A program made the position numbers and the translations under genes. Of a stretch of DNA of 64,000 nucleotides, positions 9,820-19,915 are shown piece after piece; position 1 is the stretch's first letter; each line of letters opens with the position of its first letter. The stretch lies in IMG/VR virus record IMGVR_UViG_3300050147_000079; one strand, 5' to 3'. The notes beneath the pieces were generated by a model, which ran no database searches, was not told the origin of the DNA, and saw nothing but the letters and a program-made list of their open reading frames with translations. The DNA is from a virus.

Positions 9820-12800
9820 AACAGAAACCGGCTGCTTGGTCAACGTGGGCGGAATTGTCCGCCCATTTCAGTCATCGACAGTTGACAAGACCGCTCGTCT
9901 CAGTTGACAGTGCTTCACCGATCGCTTGAAGCAGTCCACGTTGAATGCGTGCTTGACTTCGACGGTTGCCCGTATAGCGATTGACACGACGACGAAAGTT
10001 CGTCATAGCACGTTGACGTGCAGACGCATTACGCCACGATGACGAGTCATCACTGGCGATCGCCTGCAGCAGTTCAGCGCGAATCGGCTCGATTGTGCCA
10101 CCATACGCCATGATGACGTAGCCGAGAGCCTGCACTTCGATCTCGTCCTCCGTGTCGATCGCCGCGATCGCCTTCTGCACGTAGACGGGATCCTTCAGGC
10201 GTTCAGCGTACAGCTTTACAGCCTTGTTCGCTGCCTTCTTTCCGTCGTTGTCGTAGATGTCATGGAGGAGCTGACCGAGAATCGCCTCCTCCATAGTCAG
10301 TTCGACGTCACACGGCGTATCGCCCTCCATCACACCTTCACCCCACCAACCCACGATTCACCACTCCCTCTTCACGATGATTGCAATCATCATCGCAATG
10401 ACGGGAGAGAACAACAGGGCAACCTTGAGATAGATCATGATGTGTACCGAGAATGTTTACTAGTGGGATTATTGTAACAATCATCCCACTCAGATGGCAA
10501 CGTGGTCAGGTGGACGAATCATCCACTTCGAACACGATCTCCACCCCCTCACCGAACACTTCCTTCGCCCTGTTGACAGCGAATTCCTTGAGGTCGTCCG
10601 TGTCGCCGTTGAACTCACCCTGATGGCGCCCTTCCTTGATCACGTCTTCGTACGCCTTGTCGATCACGGCATCCTGCAGAGCTTCCACCTTGACGTGGAG
10701 GTCAGGATCCTTCCGTTGCACGTCGAAGTCATCGAAACCGTCCTCTTCGCCGTTGAAGTAGCAGAGGACGGAACAGCCGTTGTAATTGGCCTGATATTCG
10801 ATTTTGATCTTGGTCAGCATATTACGTTGCTCCAATGCGTTACGGTGAGGATACTATAACGCATCCTCACCAAGACGGCAACCGTTGACTTCTTAGATGC
10901 TGAGCGTATACGCTTTGCTCAACCGCTCATTCACCTGATCACTGACAACCTTCATGCGAGTGAGACAGCGTTCTTCGCTGACAGTCACCTCGTAGTACTC
11001 CGTCCAGCGCAGGTAGCGTGCGATCTCATGCTGCAACCACCGCTTCTCAGCCAGGTCTTCTGCGATGCGCCGCACTGCTGCTTCGTCGCTGACGTCGATC
11101 AGCTGCGGCAGCCGGTCTTTGATCAGATCGTACATCAGCACGGTCGGTCTCCTCAGAACTCCACCGCAACGTACACGTGGTCGTTGATCGTGACGGCGTA
11201 GCGTGCTTCACCGTCCGAGATCACGTCGAGCTCCTCCTTATCCAGCAGCGCGGTGATCTCTTCCGAGGTGCTCATCACCGTCATATCGTCACCTTCGGAG
11301 TGCTCGTAGACGAACGAGCGAAACGCGTGCAGGTCAGCGGCGCACACGCCAACCAAACCCAACGCGTTGGCCCAGCTGCCGTTGGTGGAGAGGATACAGA
11401 ATTGACTCATGATGTGCCTCAGAGCAGAATGTTTACTAGTGGGATGATTGTAACCCCATCCCGCAGCCGCGTCAACCGAAGTCAGTCTTGCACTTCACAT
11501 TCTCGGATCGTGAACAGCAGCGACCAGTCGTAGAACTCACGACCCTGCTCGTACACATACACCAGCGTCACGGTTGCTGCATCTTCAGGCTCACGCGCGG
11601 GCGATACGGTGTCATACCCGTTGTCTTGCGTGAAGCCGCCGCCGTCGCGCTCTTCGGTGATCATTTTCATCACCGATTCCATCGAGCGGTAGACGCCGAG
11701 ATGTGATTCAACTTCGCCGCCGTTGACGGAGAGAACGAAGACCTTAGCCATGCTGAAACCTCATGTGGCTGTTACTAACTGGTGGGATGATTGTAACATC
11801 ATCCCACCGCAGCGTCAACTGATCACTCGTCAGCGTCGGCGATCATGTTGTCGATGTTCATCTCTTCACGCTCACACTGCACATGCGTGTAGAACGAATT
11901 GTTGGGCCTGTTGTACAGATAGCACCAGCCATCGTCCTCGAACACTTCCCAGCCATCCTTCTCAGCAATCGGCTTGACGTTCGGATCGCGGACGTCAACA
12001 GGGAAGTCGTGGTAGGAGAAATCGTCGTCGTGCTCGCTGATCAGACGCGTGCCGAACGTCTGCTCGAAGTGCTCAACAGCGTCGTCGTTGCCAGAGCCAT
12101 ACGTCGAGACGCAGCCGACGAGATCGTTGTTGAACGAGACCCAGCAGTACGAGCCACCAGCATTAATGCCGACCGACTCTGCGTTCTCGAGGGTGATCTC
12201 AGTATCCTTCATGTCCTCGTCGCTGAGGTACGTCGCGAACTTGGCCAGCACTTGCTGACGATTGATCTGAGTACCACGAGGAAGGATGTAGCAGGTGGAC
12301 ATTTCAGTTCCCGATTGCGTTACAGTGAAGATACTATAACGCAACCTTGCCACAACGTCAACTGGCCAATTGCTTGATGTGCGTAATCAGCTTACCGAGC
12401 GACTTGCGATTCCTGCACACATATTCAGCCACATAATCCACCCAGCCATCATCACAGTACCAAGTTTCAACAGGGGCTTCAGAAATCAGGCGAAGGATGT
12501 TGCGCCGAGCGAGGATAGGCGTGCCCTCAAGGAGCGCTTTGGTCTCCTTGTCCGTCATGCCGTCAGCCGCCTCATACAAGTCGTCAGTGATGCCAGGAAA
12601 TTGGTACCGAGCTTGTCGTCAACCAAGCTCGGTAGCGCGATCAACCAACTGGTCGATGATGTGCTTGACGGTCACGTGTGCTCCAATGCGTTACGGTGAG
12701 GATAGTATCTCATATCCTCACCACAACGTCAACCGAGATACCGGAGGTGCTTCTCCAGGAAAGCGATCGCCTCGTCCAAGGCATCTTCATCCCACTTGTC

Positions 12801-13339
12801 GCGGAACGCCTTGTACGCTTCCAGTTGCTCCTTGGTCCGGATGCGGGCGGCCTCGACCTGTGCATCGCGCCGAGCCCACTCCGCATCGCCCGCTGAGCAC
12901 ACACGGCGTTCGACTACGTAGCCGCTTCGACCTTCGCGGTAGCGGTATTCGCCCTCGACCGCCTTGCCACAGCAGTTGCACCGCATCGTCCCGTGATGAG
13001 ATGATGCGGCGCTGGCGTATGACCAGCGCTTCATGGTGTTGCCTTTCAGTCGTTCTTGATCACGACGCAGAAACTGCGCGAGCCGCCCAGGCCACTTCGA
13101 GCACCAGCGATGAAGTAGCCACCGAGGTACTTGTCACCGTAGTTGCGCTTCAGTGCCGCCTCGAGCTTCAGTTGTTGTGCGCGATCCGATCGGAACACAT
13201 CGTTCGCGAGCCACAGCTTGACGCGCCGCGTGCCGTCCTTGCGAGCGTGAGTGAAGGTGATGCGCTTGCCGCCCCAACTACTCGTGGCGTAGTTGGCCTC
13301 ACCGAGCGACTTGATCAGAGGTGCTTTGTAGTTCGCCAT
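7128..13339 (-). CDS. Array of small early hypothetical proteins (e.g. 7363-7560, 7888-8187, 8253-8431, 8724-9023 membrane, 9023-9208, 9272-9778, 9872-10354, 10506-10835, 10893-11141, 11153-11410, 11482-11751, 11823-12302, 12358-12579, 12729-13034, 13046-13339)
   Basis: Minus-strand ORFs with SDs, separated by promoter cassettes; codon use consistent with real genes. Confidence 0.65.
9225..9262 (-). promoter_or_regulatory. Hairpin-embedded sigma70 promoter
   Basis: -35 TTGACA at 9257-9262; perfect 13-bp stem 9225-9237 / 9243-9255. Confidence 0.8.
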
Positions 13340-13410
13340 CGCGTGCTCCTTTGTTTCAGTACGCATATAATACCACAACACACGCAGTAGCACAACAGCA
13401 ATGTTTGGTA

Positions 13411-13521
13411 GTATAATGCATTCATGCGATCGAACGGGCAACGCCGGGGATGGACGGCGAGAGCGGGCGAGTGAATAATACCTGAGCGGCACGAAAGGTG
13501 ACCGCGTTGACTTGGTCACCT
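13411..13521 (+). ncRNA. Candidate antisense-oriented small RNA (family copy A)
   Basis: Plus-strand TATAAT at 13411-13416; core CGGGGATGGACGGCGAGAGCGG at 13445-13466 shared with 29563 and 29663; 8-bp hairpin 13496-13521. Confidence 0.45.
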
Positions 13522-13541
13522 AACTCCGCCTACGATGTGTC

Positions 13542-14065
13542 TCAGTTCAGCACTGACGGAACAAAGCGGGCACGATTGACTGTGACGCCGATTCCATCAT
13601 CTCCTCGGACGGAGATGCAGCAACCATCCCAGTACTGCACGACGTACGTGCGCCCCTCCGTCAGCTCTCCGTTGACGCCTGAGGCATCGACGCAGACGGC
13701 ACTCGCCCCTTCCGGGGTGTCTTGCGGCGAGATCACTTCTTGCTCCGCTTCTTGTGCAGGTCGAAGCCGTGCTTGTCGGCGAGCTCACGCAGCAGCCGCA
13801 TCTCCACAACTTCGTGCGTATCACCACGCCGCCAATTGCTGTGGGCGACAGGGCGGGCGGAGTAGCCGTCGGCGATGATCAGCGACTGCGTATCACCGTG
13901 CACCTGCTCCGCCACTTCGCCGTACGGCAGTTCATGTCGTGCACCGGTCACCTGACCCGTGCTCTTCATTGAGGCAGAGAGCATGATCCGTTTGCCGAGC
14001 GCGGGATCGTTCTCCCACTCACTCGCTCGGTCGTTCATCAGCACAACAACAGTACGGAAGCCCAT
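13542..14065 (-). CDS. Two hypothetical proteins (13542-13736, 13733-14065)
   Basis: Coupled ORFs (ATGA overlap) downstream of a cassette promoter. Confidence 0.65.
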
Positions 14066-14163
14066 TGCTTTCTCCAGAATGTTTACTAGTGGGAGATACT
14101 ATACGATGTTATTCGCATAATGTCTACACTTCACGCAACAACTGCGCGTTTACTAGTGGATTG

Positions 14164-14242
14164 TGGTAGGCCGGGTGGGATTCGAACCCACTATCCTCCG
14201 ATTATGAGTCGGGCGCTTATACCGGGCTTAAGCTTCCGGCCC
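14164..14242 (-). tRNA. tRNA with CAT anticodon, probably tRNA-Ile2 (lysidine type) rather than Met
   Basis: Cloverleaf GGGCCGG..CCGGCCT-A-CCA; anticodon arm CCCGA-CTCATAA-TCGGA resembles Ile2; T-arm GTGGG-TTCGAAT-CCCAC. Confidence 0.85.
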
Positions 14243-14411
14243 GCTGCGATCACTTGCGCATGTAGAACACGAGGGCAGCCAGGGCGAGCTTCATCGGCAC
14301 GCCGTTCGCTGCCATGTAGTCAGCGCCAGCGCGGACGCCTTGCTTCCCTGCGATTTGTTGGCCGGCCTTGACGGCGCACTGAATCTCGAACGTGATCATC
14401 TTGTATGTTCC

Positions 14412-15560
14412 TTAGCTGAGGAGGACCTTCGCTGCTTCCACTTCGGCCTTCACCAACGCCTGCCAGTCGTAGTCGAAGGAGCTGACATTGAGATCGCGCT
14501 CTTCGCCATCCTCCATCACCAACACCCATTTGCCGGTGTAGCCCTTCAGACGGCCGCAGCGCTTGCCTTCTTCGTTGAAGATGTTGAGGTTGCTGTCGAA
14601 CTTCAGCAGCACGGCGAATGAGAAGTCCTCGCAGCGCACAACGGTGCGGCTGTCATCATCGTTGTGGTGGCGGAGGTGGTAGCGTTCTTCGCCGATGTCA
14701 AAGTACTTCATGTCGTTCAGTCCTCTTCCGGATGGCCGTAGTCATACGTGAGGTACTGGTCCATCTCGAAGTTGTCCCGCAGACGCATGATGAGGTCAGG
14801 ATGCAGGCCATCGCGGATCTCCTGCGCGAACCGCTCGGCAGAGTTGCGGCTGGTGAACGCACCGTGACCGAACGCATCATTGGCGAACTTGTAGTGGTTG
14901 GTCAGCCACCGGTAGTTGCCGCCTTGCTCGTACAAGCGGTTGTACGCAGCCCAATTGAATTGCACGGGCCGCCAGCTACTGCCAACACCGATCGGCTTGC
15001 GCACCTTCTTGCCGGTGAAGTGCACCGGCTGCACGCCGACGGTGAGGCCATGGGCATCGATATGTGCCAGCACACGCCACACAGTCTGGCCACTGCGCAT
15101 CTTTCTGAGTTTGGCTTGAGAGATCTGCATGATGTTGCCTCCGCATTACGATGAGTAGAGTATAGCTCCGGCTAGCGGATCAGGCAACACCCCAGCGCTT
15201 GCGCAGCTTCGGAGCCTCCAGCATGCTCTCCTCGCCGTACAGCCGCCAGTCGTCACCGTAGGAAGCCTTCAGAGCAGCGTCACGGCTCTCCGCAGCGATG
15301 ATCGCGGATTGCATCAGGTCCGGCAGCACCTCGTCAGCGATCCAGCCTTCAGCACGCAGCTGCTCGCGACCCTCGAACGTCTCCTTGCGGCGTTCGATCT
15401 GATCAGTGATCTGCTTCGCGGCAGCGTCGTAGTCAGCGACCGTCCAGTTGCTGAAGTCGTTCCGCGGCCGGAAGCCGTAGAAGTCCTTGTGGAGATCGCT
15501 GTAGAAGGACGCAGCTTCGTTGAGCTCGTCTTCGGAGGTGTGTGCGGTGTTCATGGAGAT
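14412..15560 (-). CDS. Three hypothetical proteins (14412-14711, 14717-15130, 15180 to about 15560)
   Basis: Adjacent minus-strand ORFs with SDs. Confidence 0.6.
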
Positions 15561-15573
15561 CATTATCCTGTCT

Positions 15574-15873
15574 TTACAGGATCCTGTCAAGCATCCTGAT
15601 GCCACCAGCCTTGTCGTGCTTCGGTTGGCAGGTGATGCAGTACATGCAACGCATGCCGATCTTCTTCATCGCCGCTACACGCAGAGGATTGATCGATTCA
15701 CCGCAATCAAGACAGTCGTCGAGCTGAGGACCGTCGATCAGCGATTGCGACGCTCTAATCGCGTTTTCAGCGAGGATAAGCGCGTGTTCTGCTTCTGCAT
15801 CAGGATTGCCAGTGTAGCCGGACATGTTTGCGATTTGGAAATAGCGAATGGGGAGATCATAAGACCTCCCCAT
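15574..15873 (-). CDS. TraR/DksA-type C4 zinc-finger protein
   Basis: CLDCGESINPLRVAAM..CMYCITCQ matches CxxCGxxIxxxR...CxxC; two acidic residues in the N-terminal helix region. Confidence 0.75.
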   Translation of the reverse strand: MGRSYDLPIRYFQIANMSGYTGNPDAEAEHALILAENAIRASQSLIDGPQLDDCLDCGESINPLRVAAMKKIGMRCMYCITCQPKHDKAGGIRMLDRIL

Positions 15874-15912
15874 TCAGTTGTCAACGAGAGTCTTTGTAGA
15901 CTCTCAGCTTGA

Positions 15913-16494
15913 TCAGTTGACTGCGATCAACTTCTGCAGGTCGGTGTTGCCGAGCAGATCCGACATGCCCGCTTGTTCCAGTTGCTGTTCAGCGATCGTT
16001 GCCCGCACTTGACGTTCCTTGCGACCGACGTCCTTCAGTTGGCCGATCGCTGCGAGCAGTTCGGTGTTGGCCGCTTCCAGTTCGCCGTCGAGACGAACCT
16101 TGTCGTCGAAGTCGATGCTGTTGACGTTGATCTTGAACGACTTCTGGAAGCCGTAACCGTAGCGATCTTCGCCCTTGTCGTTGTCCTTCAGCTTGGTGTT
16201 GACGCTGACGAACGACTTCGCCTGTTCCTTCGTCCAGTTGACGGTGACCGACTCGACCTCGAACTTGACGTTCAGGGTGGGCACGTTCACCTCGTAGGCC
16301 GCCTTGTTGACGCCGTCGATCAGCGCCTTGTCGAGAGCGGCCAGTTGGCTCTTCAGCGACTTGACCAGTTGTTGCAGACGGTCACGCTTCTCGATCAGGG
16401 CCGTTTCGTACTTCGCGACGAACACCGACACGACTTCGTTCATGCCGACAGAGGCGGTGACGGGGGCGATGAAGGGCTTGGCGATTGCGGTCAT
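15913..16494 (-). CDS. Hypothetical coiled-coil protein
   Basis: Likely start MTAIAK at 16494; strong GC3 codon bias. Confidence 0.65.
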   Translation of the reverse strand: MTAIAKPFIAPVTASVGMNEVVSVFVAKYETALIEKRDRLQQLVKSLKSQLAALDKALIDGVNKAAYEVNVPTLNVKFEVESVTVNWTKEQAKSFVSVNTKLKDNDKGEDRYGYGFQKSFKINVNSIDFDDKVRLDGELEAANTELLAAIGQLKDVGRKERQVRATIAEQQLEQAGMSDLLGNTDLQKLIAVN

Positions 16495-16587
16495 GGTGCA
16501 GTTCCTTGCAGTTGTTTGCGGTTGATGTCGTTTGTTCGACGACAGAGAGATAATACCTCTGCTGCCGTCTTTTCGCAACAGGAGTGG

Positions 16588-17226
16588 TTATTCCTGATCG
16601 TTTTCGTCGGTCTTTTCTTCCGACTTGTCTTTGCTGAAGATCGCAGGATTGTCCCACACCTGCTTGATGAACGGGCGCTCTTCGTCAGACAAAGTTGCCG
16701 ACAGTTCGTCCCAAGTCAACAGGGCCTGGATGAACTTGACGAAACCTTCGTAGTTCTCGTTGACGTACTTGGGGTCAAGTTGGTGGGACTTGAGATCGAA
16801 TCGGGCACGAATCAGGACCATGCCCTTGTTGATCAGATCGCGGGCATGTGTCTTCTTCAGCACCAGTTCCTTCTTCTTGTCAACATGCTCGACAAACAAG
16901 CGGTCACCGACGCGGCGCATCCCTTGCACGAACGACGAAACGTTGTATCCGCCCTTGATCGCATCGAGAAGCTGGGCATCTTTGATGACGATCGTCTTCT
17001 TGCCCGCAGCGACTGCTTGCTGTTTCAGCGCGATCAGAGCGTCCTTGACAACCGTTTCACGCAGGATCGTGCGGTTTCCGCCGTAGAGATGCGAAACACC
17101 CGTCAGTTCCTGGATTTCTTCGAGAGTGAACGCATCACCGATCACGTCTTCGGGGGCGATCTCAGCGGAAATCGTGATGCGATACGGGTGGGTCGTATCG
17201 ATCTCGAACAGCTTCATGTCAGACAT
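16588..17226 (-). CDS. Hypothetical protein (MSDMKLFEI N-terminus)
   Basis: 212-aa ORF with SD and upstream cassette promoter. Confidence 0.65.
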   Translation of the reverse strand: MSDMKLFEIDTTHPYRITISAEIAPEDVIGDAFTLEEIQELTGVSHLYGGNRTILRETVVKDALIALKQQAVAAGKKTIVIKDAQLLDAIKGGYNVSSFVQGMRRVGDRLFVEHVDKKKELVLKKTHARDLINKGMVLIRARFDLKSHQLDPKYVNENYEGFVKFIQALLTWDELSATLSDEERPFIKQVWDNPAIFSKDKSEEKTDENDQE

Positions 17227-17431
17227 TGCATTCCTCGTTTGGTTGACAGTAACGAGATAATACTACCAACCACCTATCTTGTCAACTGTACCAGGGCGTG
17301 TGCATCGTCGCACCCAGCATGCGGCACAGCCAGCGCATGAACGGCAGCAGGAAAATGGGGAAGTGGTGCTCGTGGAGCACCTCCCCATCCACATACACCG
17401 TGACTCGGGTGGTCTTCGGTGTCAGCGCCAT

Positions 17432-17611
17432 TTACTTGACTCCCGCCTTCTCATCAACGCGGCCCATGCGGTAGGCAGCGGCCAGCGCATCAGCCAGGCT
17501 GACGCAGCCGACATCGTGAAAGTCGAGCCGGTCGCTGTTGCGGGGTGTCAGTTGCGGCACGAAGCAGTGCTTGCGTGCGATCTCTTCGAGGCGTTCGAGC
17601 AGCGTCATCAT
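17432..17611 (-). CDS. Small protein with RNSDRLDFHDV motif (DUF6900-like, from recall)
   Basis: 59-aa ORF below the track cutoff, read manually. Confidence 0.45.
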   Translation of the reverse strand: MMTLLERLEEIARKHCFVPQLTPRNSDRLDFHDVGCVSLADALAAAYRMGRVDEKAGVK

Positions 17612-18401
17612 TCGTCCCGTTCGTCGTCGCCGATGTCGTCATCCGGCTCCAGATCCGTGTTGTAGAGGTCGTCGTGATTTTCGACGACCAGCTGGATGTC
17701 GTCCCAGTAGACGATCGTGTCCCAGCCCATCGAATCTTCGCTGATATCCATCAGCTGGTCAACGGCACGTTCGGCGTCAGAGCGCGCTTGGTGAGCGGCA
17801 CGCATTTCCTCTTCCGACTCAGCGTCGATGGCGGCTTCGTGCACCGCCGCCATCAGGTCCTTCAGAACGGCGCCGACGCACTCCATCACGGAGCGGCGGT
17901 GGCCGACGAGGCCGACGCACTTACGTCCGCACATGCCGCGGCCGCTGTAATCGCCGCGGAAGCGAACGCCGTCCTGGCCATCTTCAGCGGCGAGCTTCAG
18001 CATTTCAGCGAGGTTGAACTGGCTCATTTGGATTACTCCGGTTGCTTGTGTCAGTGAGGAGATAATACGATATCTCCTCACAAACGTCAACTGGGCGGTC
18101 ACATGACCTTGAAGATCGCTTCGTACACCACTTCGCCGGTGGCGAACGTGAAAGCGCGCACTTCGAAGCCGCCAGTGGAGGACGAGTACCACTCGTCCGT
18201 GTTGCCTTCCGAGTGCATCTTCTCCCAGACAGTGTCGAACAAGCGGTCGACACAGCTCTTCATCTGGTCGATCGTCGGCACTTCATAATTCGTGAAGACC
18301 CACGTCCAGTTGAGGTGCTTCATCACCGATTCGATCTTCTCCCACTGCACGCGGTCCATCAGGCGGCTGCGAGTCTCGGTGTACGAGAGGATGTGGCTCA
18401 T
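17608..18401 (-). CDS. Two hypothetical proteins (17608 to about 18028, 18099-18401)
   Basis: ORFs with SDs; the first has a YSGRGMCGRKCVG motif and an acidic tail. Confidence 0.65.
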
Positions 18402-18450
18402 TTCGGTTGCTCCGAACAGTTGCGATGAGGGGAGTATACATCAAAGAAAA

Positions 18451-18587
18451 GAAGGTGCCACCAGGAGGATTTGCACTTGCCTTGTTTAGTTGGCCAAAGT
18501 AGGCGGCCTTCCGGCGCACTACTCCACTCCAACGCCCTGCACCGCTTTGCGTCGACGCACCGCGGGGAACCGAACAATGGCACCTTC
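18451..18587 (-). ncRNA. Structured RNA unit closed by a 10-bp stem
   Basis: GAAGGTGCCA (18451-18460) pairs perfectly with TGGCACCTTC (18578-18587); no convincing ORF. Confidence 0.45.
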
Positions 18588-18696
18588 ATAAACAGTAAAG
18601 CAATAAGAACGGCGGAGGTGGTTCCAGGCGGCCGCCTGCCACTACGTCACTTTGAGCGCACAAACTCCAGCGCACCGTTTCCCATCACACGCCACA

Positions 18697-18776
18697 CGCC
18701 ACAAGAGGATTCGAACCTCCCAGCTGAGTGCCCCCAGCCTGTGAACCACACCCCGGCGGACCTTTCCGGTGTGACG
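18697..18776 (-). ncRNA. Degenerate or non-canonical tRNA-like element without CCA
   Basis: Acceptor CGTCACA / TGTGGCG and T-arm GGAGG-TTCGAAT-CCTCT; D and anticodon arms are not canonical. Confidence 0.5.
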
Positions 18777-18791
18777 TGATCTTGCATTCTG

Positions 18792-18867
18792 TGGTGCCGG
18801 CTATCTGACTCGAACAGATGACCTACGCTTTACAAGAGCGTTGCTCTACCAACTGAGCTAAGCCGGC
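18792..18867 (-). tRNA. tRNA-Thr(TGT)
   Basis: 76-nt cloverleaf GCCGGCT..AGCCGGC-A-CCA; anticodon arm ACGCT-CTTGTAA-AGCGT. Confidence 0.95.
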
Positions 18868-18877
18868 ACTGATTCAA

Positions 18878-19067
18878 AAGATAGATTGAGTGGCACAACG
18901 CGGTCGCCTGCCGCCAAACCTCACCTGGAATATTCGGATACCACTCCGTGCTACCAGGCCTGTTGGTTTGTCCTCTGACTCAGCTGGGTTGACGGGCCCG
19001 TCTTCCTAGCCGTAGATCCGCCTGATTGTGGTTGCAACCAAGCATCCTGTGCCACTCAATCTATCTT
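18878..19067 (-). ncRNA. 190-nt structured RNA closed by a perfect 20-bp stem
   Basis: 18878-18897 is the exact reverse complement of 19048-19067; internal stems such as CAAACC/GGTTTG and CCTGG/CCAGG. Confidence 0.6.
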
Positions 19068-19076
19068 CGTTACGTC

Positions 19077-19223
19077 TAGTATCCTATGATCATCGCCGTT
19101 CGACAACAGCCACACATGCTTTCAAGAATCACACCCTATCCATTTATGGAATCAGGTGCTATCCGTACCGGCCGGCGATGCCGCCCACATGCAGCCGCCG
19201 ACGGCGATGATCATAGGATACTA
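19077..19223 (-). ncRNA. 147-nt structured RNA closed by a perfect 23-bp stem
   Basis: 19077-19099 is the exact reverse complement of 19201-19223. Confidence 0.6.
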
Positions 19224-19317
19224 ATTTTCAAAGAACGATGCTGGCAGGCCCACACCCGACGCCACCTCCAGCTGGCTTAGCGCTCTCACGCCAGCCCCCA
19301 GACTTCACTACCTTCAC

Positions 19318-19360
19318 ACGGCGAAGCGTATCTTATCTCATCTACGCTTCGCCGTCAACA
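19318..19360 (-). promoter_or_regulatory. Hairpin promoter upstream of the tRNA/ncRNA cluster
   Basis: -35 TTGACG; perfect 13-bp stem 19318-19330 / 19343-19355. Confidence 0.7.
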
Positions 19361-19362
19361 GC

Positions 19363-19803
19363 TCATACTTCCGGCAGAATGTACTCGGTCTCGTACTTCA
19401 CCTCGCCGACCGTCATCCTGACGAGCAGTGGGTTCCTCACGCCCTTCACCGGACGCTGGCGCTGGCGCTGGCGCAGCATGTTGTCAATTGCGTCAGCCAT
19501 CAGGGCGGCCAGACCGTCCGGGTTGAACACGGCGTTGTCGCGGTCGATCTCCTCCGTCTGCAGCTCAACGACGAACTGCAAGCCGTAGCGGCCGTGCAAC
19601 GCATTCGACACGTACTGAACCGGCACGTAGTCGACGATGATCTGCTCATCCCACGCGGTGGTGAACGACACTCGCAGCTCGCCGGTCTCATGGCGGAGCA
19701 TCACCGTGACCGGAGTCCTGGCGATCTGCGCTCGCAGCATTGGTGTGATGTCACCAGCGAAGGACTGCTGGCAGTCCTCGAGACCTTGAAAGAAATGTTC
19801 CAC
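19363..19803 (-). CDS. Hypothetical protein (likely GTG start at 19803)
   Basis: SD GGAG 8 nt upstream of GTG; the 317-aa track ORF extends through a promoter and a leader hairpin. Confidence 0.55.
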   Translation of the reverse strand: MEHFFQGLEDCQQSFAGDITPMLRAQIARTPVTVMLRHETGELRVSFTTAWDEQIIVDYVPVQYVSNALHGRYGLQFVVELQTEEIDRDNAVFNPDGLAALMADAIDNMLRQRQRQRPVKGVRNPLLVRMTVGEVKYETEYILPEV

Positions 19804-19821
19804 TTGCGTAGCTCCGGTTGA

Positions 19822-19915
19822 GACTGCTGATCTCGCTTGGCTAGTCTGGTGCCCTAGCGTTGGTGCGTGCACTACACCTGCATTCGCTTGTATGCTACAA
19901 GCGAGATCAGCAGTC
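19822..19915 (-). ncRNA. 5' leader or sRNA closed by a perfect 18-bp stem, with a competing hairpin
   Basis: 19822-19839 pairs with 19898-19915; alternative stem 19884-19892 / 19896-19904. Confidence 0.5.

Noticed and set aside
2674-12730. CRISPR array or mini-array suggested by the recurring intergenic repeats
   Set aside because: The repeats are promoter cassettes separated by whole genes, not by uniform 30-40 nt spacers, and no cas genes are present.
13445-13466. RNA anti-CRISPR mimic, because CGGGGATGGAC resembles the 3' end of type I-E repeats
   Set aside because: The complementary CCCCG half of the repeat hairpin is absent; it is kept only as an unknown sRNA motif.
15973-17340. Long plus-strand ORFs (also 6176-7060, 24438-25979, 37819-38856, 43456-44463, 48413-49756, 50113-51084)
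   Set aside because: They are antisense shadows of GC3-biased minus-strand genes, with no SD or promoter support and no recognisable motifs.
18697-18776. Selenocysteine tRNA (TCA present, long extra arm)
   Set aside because: TCA is not centred in a 7-nt loop, the acceptor stem is 7 bp rather than 8, and there is no CCA or Sec machinery in view.
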